DNA from: an uncultured Chloroflexia bacterium
GTDB taxonomy: Bacteria; Chloroflexota; UBA6077; JACCZL01
Length of the DNA: 64,000 nucleotides
Assembly: GCA_963765765.1 (NCBI GenBank)
Contig: CAVXYC010000020.1
Span: 829,363-893,362 of the forward strand
Reading direction: 5' to 3'
Shown: one piece after another, positions 1-9,695 of the stretch
Layout of the letters: each line of letters opens with the position of its first letter
Numbering within the stretch: the first letter of the stretch is position 1
Position numbers and translations under genes: made by a program
The notes under the pieces: model-generated
The model's database searches: none
The model's input: the letters and a program-made list of their open reading frames with translations, nothing else
Told to the model about the DNA's origin: nothing

Positions 1-159
1 GCCCCATGGATTGGCGTCATGTTCCTCTGGACCATGGCCGATTCCGCATGGACCCCTGAGAACGAGCAGTACTGGTGGAGTGTCACGGAGCCGGATGGAA
101 CTCCGCGTCTGGCGCTGACAGCATTCCAGACTGCCCGCCAGAATGGAACGCTTCCCTAA
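1..159 (+). CDS. C-terminal end of a probable glycoside hydrolase (GH5/cellulase-like TIM barrel), truncated by the window edge
   Basis: Manual frame-1 translation APWIGVMFLWTMADSAWTPENEQYWWSVTEPDGTPRLALTAFQTARQNGTLP*. The W-x-G-x-MFLW...W-x-x-x-x-DG-x-PR pattern is typical of clan GH-A C-termini. Confidence 0.55.
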   Translation, partial: APWIGVMFLWTMADSAWTPENEQYWWSVTEPDGTPRLALTAFQTARQNGTLP

Positions 160-177
160 GGGACGCGTTCGCACACC

Positions 178-217
178 AACAAGAAGGGCCCGCGCAATTG
201 CGCGGGCCCTTCTTGTT
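178..217. terminator. Bidirectional intrinsic terminator (perfect 40-bp palindrome)
   Basis: AACAAGAAGGGCCCGCGCAATTGCGCGGGCCCTTCTTGTT directly after the stop at 159, between convergent genes. Confidence 0.75.
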
Positions 218-346
218 ATCTATGGCTCGTGTACCAGGGCCGGTGATCAGCGCGGTTGGGCAGGCCAGGAGAAGCATTGCCTACCCAACCGCGGGGAGAG
301 ACTCCGCCAGCCAACGGCTGGCAACTCTCGAAATCATTATTGCGCA

Positions 347-386
347 CAAAAGAGGGCGTTCGCTAGAGCAGCGGACGCCTCTTTTG
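347..386. terminator. Stem-loop, probable terminator for the cox operon
   Basis: CAAAAGAGGGCGTTCGCT-agagc-AGCGGACGCCTCTTTTG with A/T tails on both sides. Confidence 0.55.
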
Positions 387-475
387 CAATTCGTGGTGAA
401 TCCGAAGTGGGTGCCCTCTATCGGTCCTGATTAACTCTGCTGGGCGGAGCGCATCAAGCTCAATCGCAAACTGCT

Positions 476-1342
476 CTAGGCGCGTGCTCTTGCGATCGCC
501 TGGTTCAATGCCCGCTTTGCAAACACCCGAGCCAGGTGAGATCGGTACTCTGTTGAGGCGTGAATATCGCCCAGCGCATCGATTCCATCGGCGGCATGCT
601 GGGCCGCCTGCTCCACGCTGCTCTCATTGGCCGCCTGACCACGCAGAGCATCTTCAACCCCAGTTGCTCGGTACGCCTTGGGGCCAACGCCTGTCACAGC
701 CACGCGTACGTCCTGAACATTTCCGCCACTGAGCTGGACAATCGCGGCAACACCGCACAGCGCATAGTGCGAGGCAGGGTGGTCCATTTTGAGATACGCA
801 GTCCCAGCGCCACTCGGGAGTGCTGGAATCCGAATCTCGGTCAAGATCTCAGACTCTCCGAGGGCGCTCGTGAGCATATCCACGAAAAAGTCATTCGCCG
901 CGATAGTACGCTCGCCATTGGGACCCACGGCCTTGACCTGCGCCTCGAGCGCAAGGATGACCGCCGGTAGATCACCCGCTGGGTCGGCGTGAGCCAGACT
1001 ACCGCCAATGGTGCCACGGTTTCGTACCTGCTGATCGCCAATCACGTTGGCGGCTTCTGCCAGGAGCGGCGCTGCTTCTTTCACTGCGTCTGAGGTAGCA
1101 ATCGTAGCGTGTGTCGTCAAACTACCAATAACCAGCTCGCCGCCCTGATTCTGGATACCGGTCATGCCCGGCAGCCGCCCGATATCGATCAGCGCCGCCG
1201 GCTCCGCGAGACGGAGCTTCAGGAGAGGCAATAGGCTGTGCCCACCTGCTAGCACCTTGGCGTCGCCGCCAGACTGCTCAAGGAGCGCCACCGCCTCCTG
1301 CACGCTGGTCGGTCGATGGTATTCGAATGCCGCTGGAAACAT
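476..1342 (-). CDS. coxM: Molybdenum hydroxylase FAD-binding medium subunit (CoxM/CutM-like)
   Basis: MFPAAFEYHRP start; AGGHSLLP and RNRGTIGGSLAHADPAGD FAD motifs; operon with the L and S subunits. Confidence 0.88.
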   Translation of the reverse strand: MFPAAFEYHRPTSVQEAVALLEQSGGDAKVLAGGHSLLPLLKLRLAEPAALIDIGRLPGMTGIQNQGGELVIGSLTTHATIATSDAVKEAAPLLAEAANVIGDQQVRNRGTIGGSLAHADPAGDLPAVILALEAQVKAVGPNGERTIAANDFFVDMLTSALGESEILTEIRIPALPSGAGTAYLKMDHPASHYALCGVAAIVQLSGGNVQDVRVAVTGVGPKAYRATGVEDALRGQAANESSVEQAAQHAADGIDALGDIHASTEYRSHLARVFAKRALNQAIARARA

Positions 1343-1353
1343 TGACTGAACTC

Positions 1354-3702
1354 CTATGAGCTTTGGATAGCGCGCCAGACGCGCTCTGACCGCAATGGCA
1401 TGTCCAAATGTCGGACCCCGAGGTGCGAGAGGGCATCCACGACGGAGTTCACAACCGCGGCGCTCGCTGCGATTGTCCCCGCTTCGCCGATCCCTTTGAC
1501 ACCCAGCGGATTCACTGGCGACGGTGTCACCGTGTGGCTTGTCTCAAATGCTGGAAGCTGCGTAGCAGTGGGGACTGCGTAATCCATCATGGAGCCGGAT
1601 ATTAGCTGACCGGTCTCGTCATATACGCCCTCTTCGAATAGCGCCTGGGCAATCCCCTGGGCCACACCCCCGTGAACCTGCCCATCGACGATCATCGGAT
1701 TAATGACCCGACCACAGTCATCGACACAGACGTATCGAACGATCTCGACATTGCCGGTGTCAGGATCTACCTCCGTGACACAGACATGCGTTCCGAATGG
1801 CCACGTGAAGTTGGATGGATCGAAGAAGCTGGTGGCCTCGAGGCCGGGTTCGAGCCCCTCTGGATAGTTATGCGCCAGGAACGCGGCCAGTGCGATTTCG
1901 GCGAACGTCTTGGCGCGTTCGGGCGCACCCTTCACCCGAAACGCGCCGTCTTCGTACTCGAGATCGGCCTCATCTGCCTCGAGCTGATGCGCGGCGATCT
2001 TGCGGGCCTTGTCCTTGACCTTTGTGAGCGACATGTGGATGGCGGTTCCACCGACCGCTGTACTTCGGCTACCAAATGTGCCAATGCCGGATTGGACTTT
2101 GTCCGTATCCCCGTGGATGATCTCCACGTCTTCCATGACTATTCCCAGCTCGTCAGCGGTGATCTGGGCAAACGTGGTCTCATGGCCCTGCCCGTGTGAC
2201 GATGCACCAGTCATCACGCTGACCTTGCCGGTTGGGTGCACGCGCACCGTGGCACTCTCCCAACCGCCGGCCTGGCCGCCCACAGCACCCAGTACCTGTG
2301 ATGGTGCCATCCCGCATATCTCGACGTAGCTCGAGATGCCGATTCCCATCAACTTCCCGCCGGAATCTCGACGTTTCGACTGTTCCTGGCGCAGTGCCGT
2401 GTAATCGACATTCTGCAAAGCCTGTTCGTAGGCCTTCGCGTAGTTACCGCTGTCATACGTGACGCCCGTCGCCGTGGTGTAGGGAAACGCTTCAGCCTCG
2501 ATGAAGTTCTTTTTGCGAATCTCAGCAGCGTCCATGCCGATGGCCTGCGCGGCCAGATCAACGGCTCGCTCCACCAGGTGTATGGCCTCGGGCCGTCCAG
2601 CACCACGATACGCGTCCACAGGAGTGGTATTGGTGAAGACCCCGAGGACCTCACAATCCACTGCGGCAATGCGATAGGCGCCCGAGAGCATCACGCCAAA
2701 GAGGACCGTCGGGATTCCGGGTGCAAAGGTGGAAAGATACGCCCCGAGATTGGCCGTATTGCGCACGCGCAGCGCCGTGAGTGTTCCGTCCTTCATAACA
2801 CCGATCTCGAGATCGTGCGTCTGAGCTCGACCGTGTGTGGTGGCCCGGTATCCCTCACTGCGCTCTTCTGTCCACTTCACCGGGCGGCCGCTGAGCTTGG
2901 CCAGCACGCAGGCCACCATCTCTTCGCCGTACAAATAAAGCTTGCTGCCAAAGGCTCCACCGACATCGGGAGCGATGACTCGCAATCGAGTCTCTGGTAT
3001 GCCTAGCGTGAGAGAGAGCAGCAGACGAACGAGATGCGGAATCTGGGTTGAGGTGTAAAGAACGTACTCGTCGGTGCCGCGAGCATACTGCGCGACGACC
3101 GCACGTGGCTCTATCGCATTAGGGATGAGCCGCTGATTGACGATGCGCTCTTTGACGCGCACATCGGACTCGGACAGGGCGGCGTCAACGTCGCCGCTGC
3201 CAATCTTCCAGGTGAAACACAAGTTGGATTCGATATCTTCGTGAACGTGTGGAGCGCCCTCGGCCAGCGCCTCTAGCTCATTGGTTACGGCGGGCAGCGT
3301 CTCGTAGTCCACTTGAATCAATTCCGTGGCGTCGCGCGCGGCTTCGCGAGACTCCGCCAGCACAGCCGCCACGGGGTCACCCACCATGCGAACTTTGTCA
3401 ATCGCCAGAGGTGGATGCGCCGGCATCTTCATGTCAGGAAGCACCCAGCCACAGGGAACTGACGCCGCGGGAGGGAGGGCGTCCGTACCCGTGTAGACGC
3501 CAACCACCCCGGCAGACTGGCTCGCGGCCTCGGTGTTTATGGATCGGATGCGCGCGTGCGCGTGCGGACTACGCAGCAGCGCCATATATACGAGACCAGT
3601 CGCCTGAACGTCATCGACGTAGGTCCCGCGACCTGTGATGAGGCGTGGGTCTTCGCGTCGCTTTACTGAAGTGCCAAATGGACGATTCGCGGTGGCAGTC
3701 AT
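1354..3702 (-). CDS. coxL: Molybdopterin-binding large subunit, form II CO dehydrogenase-like / xanthine dehydrogenase family
   Basis: RREDPRLITGRG, VGGAFGSK, active-site AYRGAGR (form II, not AYxCSFR), HGQGHET, QVHGGVAQG, KGIGEAG. Confidence 0.88.
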   Translation of the reverse strand: MTATANRPFGTSVKRREDPRLITGRGTYVDDVQATGLVYMALLRSPHAHARIRSINTEAASQSAGVVGVYTGTDALPPAASVPCGWVLPDMKMPAHPPLAIDKVRMVGDPVAAVLAESREAARDATELIQVDYETLPAVTNELEALAEGAPHVHEDIESNLCFTWKIGSGDVDAALSESDVRVKERIVNQRLIPNAIEPRAVVAQYARGTDEYVLYTSTQIPHLVRLLLSLTLGIPETRLRVIAPDVGGAFGSKLYLYGEEMVACVLAKLSGRPVKWTEERSEGYRATTHGRAQTHDLEIGVMKDGTLTALRVRNTANLGAYLSTFAPGIPTVLFGVMLSGAYRIAAVDCEVLGVFTNTTPVDAYRGAGRPEAIHLVERAVDLAAQAIGMDAAEIRKKNFIEAEAFPYTTATGVTYDSGNYAKAYEQALQNVDYTALRQEQSKRRDSGGKLMGIGISSYVEICGMAPSQVLGAVGGQAGGWESATVRVHPTGKVSVMTGASSHGQGHETTFAQITADELGIVMEDVEIIHGDTDKVQSGIGTFGSRSTAVGGTAIHMSLTKVKDKARKIAAHQLEADEADLEYEDGAFRVKGAPERAKTFAEIALAAFLAHNYPEGLEPGLEATSFFDPSNFTWPFGTHVCVTEVDPDTGNVEIVRYVCVDDCGRVINPMIVDGQVHGGVAQGIAQALFEEGVYDETGQLISGSMMDYAVPTATQLPAFETSHTVTPSPVNPLGVKGIGEAGTIAASAAVVNSVVDALSHLGVRHLDMPLRSERVWRAIQSS

Positions 3703-3741
3703 GGGGACGCCTCCTTCGATCAGTGCTCGCCCTGGCGCGTG

Positions 3742-4209
3742 CTAGCGCATGTGCTCCGCGGCGTATTGAATTGACTTCACGATATTGTGGTAGCCAGTGC
3801 AGCGGCAGAGATTGCCCTCGATACCCTTGCGAATCTCTTCCTCACTGGGAGATGGATTGCGTTTCAAGAGGTCCACTGCCGTCATGATCATGCCGGGGGT
3901 GCAGTAACCGCATTGCAGCCCGTGCATCTCCCAGAATCCTTCCTGTAGTGGATGAAGCTCCTCACCGTTCGCCAGACCTTCGATTGTGGTGATCTCGGCA
4001 TCGTCTGCTTGCACCGCGAGCACGGTGCACGACTTGACCGCGTCACCGTTCAGAAGAATCGTGCAAGCGCCGCACTGGCTAGTGTCGCACCCGACGTGCG
4101 TGCCCGTGAGGCCGAGAACATCTCGAAGGTAATGGACGAGCAGCAGACGCGGCTCTACTTCATTGGAATATTGCTTGCCATTGACTGTCACACTGACCGT
4201 ATGGGTCAT
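3742..4209 (-). CDS. coxS: (2Fe-2S) small subunit (CoxS/CutS-like)
   Basis: [27 protein letters not shown]; start moved to MTHTVSV (4209), which has a GGAGGTG RBS. Confidence 0.9.
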   Translation of the reverse strand: MTHTVSVTVNGKQYSNEVEPRLLLVHYLRDVLGLTGTHVGCDTSQCGACTILLNGDAVKSCTVLAVQADDAEITTIEGLANGEELHPLQEGFWEMHGLQCGYCTPGMIMTAVDLLKRNPSPSEEEIRKGIEGNLCRCTGYHNIVKSIQYAAEHMR

Positions 4210-4365
4210 AAAACGCACCTCCCGCGGGTCGCCCGGTGTACCACTGACGCGTGGCGATCTTATTCTAAAGCCAGATCGCGGGTAGGCTGTTGGGCATACC
4301 GCCGTCTCACACCCGTTCACCCGGATGCTACGAATTGGATTGATTGCTGTCAACGTTACGAAGGG

Positions 4366-4460
4366 GCGAGTAGCGAGTAGCGACTACTCAGTAACGAGTA
4401 TCCCGAGCCGACCAGAGTCCTGACAATGTCTTGGCTACTCGCGACTCGTTACTTGGCACT
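4366..4460. repeat. Heptamer (GTAGCGA/GTAACGA) tandem repeats followed by their reverse complements
   Basis: GCGAGTAGCGAGTAGCGACTACTCAGTAACGAGTA ... GGCTACTCGCGACTCGTTAC. Confidence 0.7.
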
Positions 4461-4534
4461 GCCCGGTACGCAGTCTGCCATTTCGTGCCTGGCCGGTATA
4501 GTTACGGTTGAAAGATGGCCGAGAAGGGATTCCC

Positions 4535-5824
4535 ATGCTGAGTCGCGAAGAGAATGAGCTGATCACCCGCGTCGGCCCAGGGACTCCCATGGGTAACGTA
4601 CTGCGGCGTTACTGGATGCCTGCGCTCATGACCAGTGAGCTCAGAGAGCCTGACGGTGAGCCCGTTCGGGTCAAGCTTCTGGGCGAGAACCTCCTGGCCT
4701 TTCGAGACTCAAGTGGCCGCGTTGGAATGGTAGATGAGTCGTGCCCCCACCGACTCGCGTCCCTCTGGTTTGGACGAAATGAGGAGAACGGTATTCGGTG
4801 TGTCTATCACGGATGGAAATTTGACGTCGACGGTGCGTGCCTGGAACAGATGAATGAGCCACGGCCGTTTCTCGACAAGGTAAGGCTCACCGCGTATCCA
4901 GTGGTGGAGATCGGCGACGTCATCTGGACCTACATGGGCCCGCCGGAGCTCCAGCCACCTCCTCCGTGCTTTGACTGGGCAACCGTCCCCTCGAGTCACC
5001 GCGAGGTCAACAAGACCTGGGAGGAGTGCAACTGGGTCCAAGCACTCGAAGGCGGCATCGATACCTCGCACGCGCCCATCCTGCACCGCAAGTTCGATCC
5101 GCGGTCGGATATTGCTGGCTTCGCACCTGGTGAGGCATTCGTGCGAGGTAAGCCCCCGGTCATTGAAGTCGATTTCTCGGACTATGGGTATCGCTACGCA
5201 GGTGTTCGAAGTCTGGATGGCGGCGGCGTATATGTCCGCACGTATCACTACGTCATGCCTTTCTCGCAGCTCCGACCCTATCAGATTGAGCGCGGGGACG
5301 AATCAAACCCACGTCAGCAGATCGCCGGTCACATGTGGGTACCGATGGACGATCACAACTGCATGGTCTGGAACATGTTGTACAGCTACGGTCCAGTCCC
5401 GCTGACCGAGGAGGAGCGTCTGGAGCGTGGAATGGGCCACGAGCCGTGGGAAAGTCATGCGGGAACATTTCGCAAGGTGCGTAACCGCGACAATGCCTAT
5501 CTCATCGATCGTGAGATTCAGCGCACGGGCAACTTCACCGGCATCCTGGGAGTGAATACGCAAGACCACGCCATACAAGAAAGCATGGGTGCGATCGTGG
5601 ATCGCTCACGCGAGCACCTGGGCCCTGCCGACCGAGCAGTGATCGGCATGCGGCGGTTGCTTCTGGAAAGCGTGAAGGCTGTCCAGTTAGGCGGAACCCC
5701 GCTCGCGACCGGCACAAGCTACTACAACGTGCGGGCTATCGAGAGGGTGCTTCCGGGTGGAGTGGACTGGCGCGAGGCGTTGCAGGAAGAGGTCTATCCT
5801 ACCCTGGCGGCAAGCCGCCAATAG
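4535..5824 (+). CDS. Rieske non-heme iron oxygenase alpha subunit (phthalate 4,5-dioxygenase/LigX-like group)
   Basis: MLSREENELITRVGPGTPMG N-terminus; Rieske CPHR...CVYHGW; mononuclear Fe site EGGIDTSHAPILH and QD. Confidence 0.88.
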   Translation: MLSREENELITRVGPGTPMGNVLRRYWMPALMTSELREPDGEPVRVKLLGENLLAFRDSSGRVGMVDESCPHRLASLWFGRNEENGIRCVYHGWKFDVDGACLEQMNEPRPFLDKVRLTAYPVVEIGDVIWTYMGPPELQPPPPCFDWATVPSSHREVNKTWEECNWVQALEGGIDTSHAPILHRKFDPRSDIAGFAPGEAFVRGKPPVIEVDFSDYGYRYAGVRSLDGGGVYVRTYHYVMPFSQLRPYQIERGDESNPRQQIAGHMWVPMDDHNCMVWNMLYSYGPVPLTEEERLERGMGHEPWESHAGTFRKVRNRDNAYLIDREIQRTGNFTGILGVNTQDHAIQESMGAIVDRSREHLGPADRAVIGMRRLLLESVKAVQLGGTPLATGTSYYNVRAIERVLPGGVDWREALQEEVYPTLAASRQ

Positions 5825-5826
5825 CC

Positions 5827-5929
5827 GCGAAGCGCTTTGGAGTGCGTGCGCGCAGCGCCGCTTTCCAGGTCTCCCGTAGCGCGGGATATCGAGAAAGCGG
5901 CGCTGCAGTGCACTCCCAAAGCGCTTCGC
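5827..5929. repeat. Long imperfect palindrome / REP-like element between convergent genes
   Basis: GCGAAGCGCTTTGGAGTGC..GCAGCGCCGCTTTC pairs with GAAAGCGGCGCTGC..GCACTCCCAAAGCGCTTCGC. Confidence 0.75.
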
Positions 5930-5939
5930 TATTCCTGAG

Positions 5940-6965
5940 CTACGAGCTCAGTCTCTTCGCTCTCGCATCGAGATGTGGGACAACCCGGGGAAATACTTTT
6001 CGAACGTTTCCCTCGTAGAGCTTCTCGCGATCTTCATCGGTCAGCCAATCGATGGCATCCACGTACCGCTTGGTGTCGTCGAACCACTGGCCCGTGTTCG
6101 GATCGATCTTCTGAACGGCGCCGATCATCTCGGACGCAAAGAGCACGTTGTCCACGCCCATGCGCTTGATGAGGTGCTCAACGCCCTCGGCATCGTAGAC
6201 GACGGTATCGAAGTAGAGCCGCTTAACCCACTCCTCGAAAGGCGGCTTGTCGAACATCATCGCGATTCCGCGGTAGCGTCCCCACTGATAGGGAATGGCG
6301 CCTCCGCCGTGCGGGATGATGAAGCGAAGCGTGGGGAAGTCATCGAGCACGTTGGACATCAAGAGCTGCACGATCGATGTGCTATCGGCATTGATGTAGT
6401 GCGAGCTGGTGCTGTGAAACGCGGGGTTGCAGGCTGCGCTCACGTGGATCATGCCCGGGACGTCAAGCTCTACCATCTTCTCGTAGAGCGGATACCAGTA
6501 GCGATCGCCCAACGGGGCATCAGTCCAGTATCCGCCCGATGGATCGGGACTGATGTTGCAACCGATGAAGCCGAACTCGGTTACGCATCGCTCGAGCTCG
6601 CGGACTGAATTGTCAATCGAACCCCCGGGCGTCTGTGGCAACATGCAGGCGCCGACGAAGTTGTCAGGATAGAGATTCACAATCCGGTGGATGAGCTCAT
6701 TACAGGTCTGCGACCAGTACAGGCTGATCAGTTCGCCTCCAAAATGGTGTCCCATGGTGCTGGCGCGGGGCGAGATGATCGCATAGTCGGTACCGCGCTC
6801 CGCCTGCAGCCGTAGCTGGCCCTTTTCGATGCTGTCGCGAATCTCATCGTCGCTGACCTTCAGCGGCGGCTTTGTGGGCGTTGCCATGGCGGCAATTTGC
6901 CGACCTCGCCACGCTTCAACCTCGACCGGCGTCGTGGTGTAGTGTCCGTGAGCGTCAATGATCAT
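5940..6965 (-). CDS. ligJ: 4-oxalomesaconate hydratase (amidohydrolase family)
   Basis: MIIDAHGHYTT, SPRASTMGHH, PDPSGGYW, PHGGGAIPYQWGRYRG, LFASEMIGAV are LigJ signatures; adjacent to ligU/ligI. Confidence 0.9.
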   Translation of the reverse strand: MIIDAHGHYTTTPVEVEAWRGRQIAAMATPTKPPLKVSDDEIRDSIEKGQLRLQAERGTDYAIISPRASTMGHHFGGELISLYWSQTCNELIHRIVNLYPDNFVGACMLPQTPGGSIDNSVRELERCVTEFGFIGCNISPDPSGGYWTDAPLGDRYWYPLYEKMVELDVPGMIHVSAACNPAFHSTSSHYINADSTSIVQLLMSNVLDDFPTLRFIIPHGGGAIPYQWGRYRGIAMMFDKPPFEEWVKRLYFDTVVYDAEGVEHLIKRMGVDNVLFASEMIGAVQKIDPNTGQWFDDTKRYVDAIDWLTDEDREKLYEGNVRKVFPRVVPHLDARAKRLSS

Positions 6966-7344
6966 GGATCAAGTCACCTCGGAAAGTTCAGATTGATTCT
7001 GGGTCACATACTACAGCGGAGCGCTCTCAATACGCTCCGGATGGATGCCCAGGCAATCGAGGGCGTGGGTACTGGCCATGGCGCGAATGCCTTCCTCACG
7101 GAGCCCCGCGTCCAGGAGTTTGTTATGAGTATCGCCAGGCTCTCTTCTAGGTCTGGACTAGCGATCTGACCGAGATCCGTGGCGAGAATGGTTGGGATGC
7201 GCTCAGCCGTTTCACACCGAGCGGCGCGGGAATGAACGAAGACATCCGTGGCCAAATCTGCGACGGTGTGCGGCGTCTCGTGGATGCTGGTATCGTTCAA
7301 GCAATAGCCTTCCTATTCCCATTGCAGATGCAAAGGAGCAGCTC

Positions 7345-8463
7345 ATGCAGACGAAGATTCCGTGTGTCCTCATGCGCGGCGGCACTTCTAAGGGCCCCTA
7401 TTTCCTAGCATCGGACCTTCCATCTGATCCAGAGCTTCGCGACAAGGTCCTTCTGGCCGTCATGGGATCGCCGGATATCCGTCAGATCGATGGCGTTGGT
7501 GGGGCAGATCCGCTCACCAGTAAAGTCGCGATCGTGTCAGCTCCATCCACGCGCGAGGACTGCGATGTTGACTACCTCTTCGCTCAGGTAGTGGTCAATG
7601 ATGCCGTGGTAGACATCTCACCCAACTGCGGCAATATGCTGGCCGGCGTTGGTCCGTTCGCCATTGAGCAGGGCATCTTTCCCGCGGCCGACGGTGAGAC
7701 CATCGTTCGCATCCACATGGTGAACTCCGGGGACAAGGCCGTCGCACGGGTGAAGACTCCAAACGGCGAAGTTGAGTACGACGGCGACGCCCGCATCGAT
7801 GGAGTTCCGGGAGGCTCCGCGCCGATCTTGATCGACGTTGAAGAGACGGCCGGATCGTTTTGCGGAGCGCTATTCCCGACAGGCAACCGAATCGACGTCA
7901 TTGACGGCATCGAGTGCTCGCTCATGGACAACGGCATGCCAGTGGTCGCCATGCGAGCTGCCGATTTGAACCGCACAGGCTACGAGACTCGGGATGAGCT
8001 CAACGCGGATGAGGAGCTCAAGGCTCGGCTTGAATCGATTCGGCTGAAAGCGGGGCACATGATGAATCTTGGTGACGTGACCGACAAGGTCGTGCCCAAG
8101 ATGTTCCTGCTTGCGCCCCCCAAGGATGGCGGCACGATCAGCACCCGCTCGTTCATCCCGAAGGTTGCCCACGCGAATATCGGCGTTCTGGCTGCAGTGA
8201 CTGTGGCAACCGCGTGCGTCTTCCCGGGCACCACTGCCTATGACATGGCGAACTTGCCCGAGGGAAATCGCAAGATGCTCGAGCTCGAGCATCCCACCGG
8301 CTACTTCTCGACAGAGATCGAGGTGTCTGGCTCAAAGGACGATCCAAAAATCGAGCGGGCAGCGCTGTTACGAACCGCGCGACGGCTCTTTGAGGGCAAA
8401 GTGCTGGTCCCATCGTCCGTCTGGGATGGCAAGGCGGGCGTCCTGGAAGCGGCCAAGGCCTGA
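7345..8463 (+). CDS. ligU: 4-oxalomesaconate tautomerase/isomerase (PrpF/FldA family, LigU/GalD)
   Basis: MRGGTSKG, GSPDIRQIDGVGGADPLTSKVAIV, NCGNMLAGVG, LRTARRLFEG; AAGGAG RBS before ATG 7345. Confidence 0.85.
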   Translation: MQTKIPCVLMRGGTSKGPYFLASDLPSDPELRDKVLLAVMGSPDIRQIDGVGGADPLTSKVAIVSAPSTREDCDVDYLFAQVVVNDAVVDISPNCGNMLAGVGPFAIEQGIFPAADGETIVRIHMVNSGDKAVARVKTPNGEVEYDGDARIDGVPGGSAPILIDVEETAGSFCGALFPTGNRIDVIDGIECSLMDNGMPVVAMRAADLNRTGYETRDELNADEELKARLESIRLKAGHMMNLGDVTDKVVPKMFLLAPPKDGGTISTRSFIPKVAHANIGVLAAVTVATACVFPGTTAYDMANLPEGNRKMLELEHPTGYFSTEIEVSGSKDDPKIERAALLRTARRLFEGKVLVPSSVWDGKAGVLEAAKA

Positions 8464-8520
8464 CGCCCTCAAGCCACTAGCTTATCTTAGCCACACCTTT
8501 AGTCTGGAGAACGCTCATAC

Positions 8521-9390
8521 ATGGCCGCAAAACTCATCGCCGGGCCCGATCCGAACCCGATCAAGCCCAGCGTCCAGCTTCCTCCTGGCGCGTGCGACGC
8601 GCACTGTCACGTATTCGGACCCGGCGATAAGTTCCCCTATCACCCAGATCGCGCTTACACCCCGCCGGATGCCGGCAGAGAGACCCTTCGAGCCCTGCAC
8701 GACTTTCTGGGACTCGAGCGCGCTGTCATCGTGCATGCAAGCTGCCATGGGGTCTGGATGGACGCCACGCTGGATGCGATTGCGTGGTCAGGAGGGAAGT
8801 ACCGCGGCACTTCCGTGGTGTCGCCCGATATTACGGATGCGGAGCTCCAGCGCTATCACGACGGCGGCATCCGTGCCGTGCGCTTCAACTTCGTCCGGCA
8901 TCTGGAAAGCGTGCCTGAGCCAGAGACAGTCCGACGTATGGCCGATCGGATCAAGGCGATGGGCTGGCACCTGGTGGTCCACCTCGACGCACAGGATACC
9001 GTGGAGCTCTCGCCGCTGCTCCTGAGCTTGCCTGTTCCCTTCGTGATCGATCACATGGCGCGTGTCAACGCGGCTCTTGGGCTGGATCAGCCGGCCTTTA
9101 AGCAACTCCTGGACTTGATGAAGAGCGATCTCGCGTGGGTAAAAATCTGCGGTCCCGAGCGAGTGTCATCGGAAGGTCCGCCCTTTACCGATGCCGTTCC
9201 ATTCGCACAGGCTCTCATCGCCGCCGCGCCGGACCGCGTGCTCTGGGGCACCGATTTCCCGCACCCTAACGTCAAGAACATGCCCAACGACGGCCACCTG
9301 GTAAACCTGCTTGGCCAAATGGCCCCGGACCCTGCCGTCCTGAAGCAGATCGTCGTGGACAACCCGACGAAGCTCTACTGGGCGAACTAA
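8521..9390 (+). CDS. ligI: 2-pyrone-4,6-dicarboxylate lactonase (amidohydrolase)
   Basis: PPGACDAHCHVFGP, YTPPDA, ASCHG, RFNFV, IDHMAR, VLWGTDFPHPN; context with ligJ/ligU. Confidence 0.85.
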   Translation: MAAKLIAGPDPNPIKPSVQLPPGACDAHCHVFGPGDKFPYHPDRAYTPPDAGRETLRALHDFLGLERAVIVHASCHGVWMDATLDAIAWSGGKYRGTSVVSPDITDAELQRYHDGGIRAVRFNFVRHLESVPEPETVRRMADRIKAMGWHLVVHLDAQDTVELSPLLLSLPVPFVIDHMARVNAALGLDQPAFKQLLDLMKSDLAWVKICGPERVSSEGPPFTDAVPFAQALIAAAPDRVLWGTDFPHPNVKNMPNDGHLVNLLGQMAPDPAVLKQIVVDNPTKLYWAN

Positions 9391-9400
9391 CTGACTTTTT

Positions 9401-9648
9401 CAAAGTAGTGGCGTCCCTTTACGGGCGGTAACTAGCCGGATTATTCACGGGTATTGAGACCGCCTCGCAATGGGCTTCTCGGGCGCCGTCAGGTGCCGCT
9501 GTTGCGGACTGGGGCGGGGTGTCGCACGGCGCGGTTCGGGCGAGTTCGCCTATTGCGAACCCGGTGAATAATCCGGGCCAGATATCCATGTCCCCGGGCG
9601 GGCTTGATGATATCTAGGTGGCGCCCGTAAAGGGACGCCACTACTTTG
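9401..9648. repeat. Inverted GTAG-type REP pair (27-bp perfect IR) enclosing a ~150-bp MITE-like element
   Basis: CAAAGTAGTGGCGTCCCTTTACGGGCG (9401-9427) is the exact reverse complement of 9622-9648; inner imperfect IR CTAGCCGGATTATTCACGGGT (9432-9452) / ACCCGGTGAATAATCCGGGCCAG (9559-9581). Confidence 0.8.
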
Positions 9649-9695
9649 CTGGGCAAACTAAGCTCCGCACTTTCTCCGATCGACCTCAGTCGGAC

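Noticed and set aside
1354-3702. Bona fide aerobic CO dehydrogenase (CO oxidation)
   Set aside because: Active-site loop is AYRGAGR, not AYxCSFR; gene order is SLM and no accessory cox genes are present.
4366-4460. CRISPR array
   Set aside because: Units are 7 bp without unique spacers; no cas genes and no 25-45-bp repeat array seen in the window.
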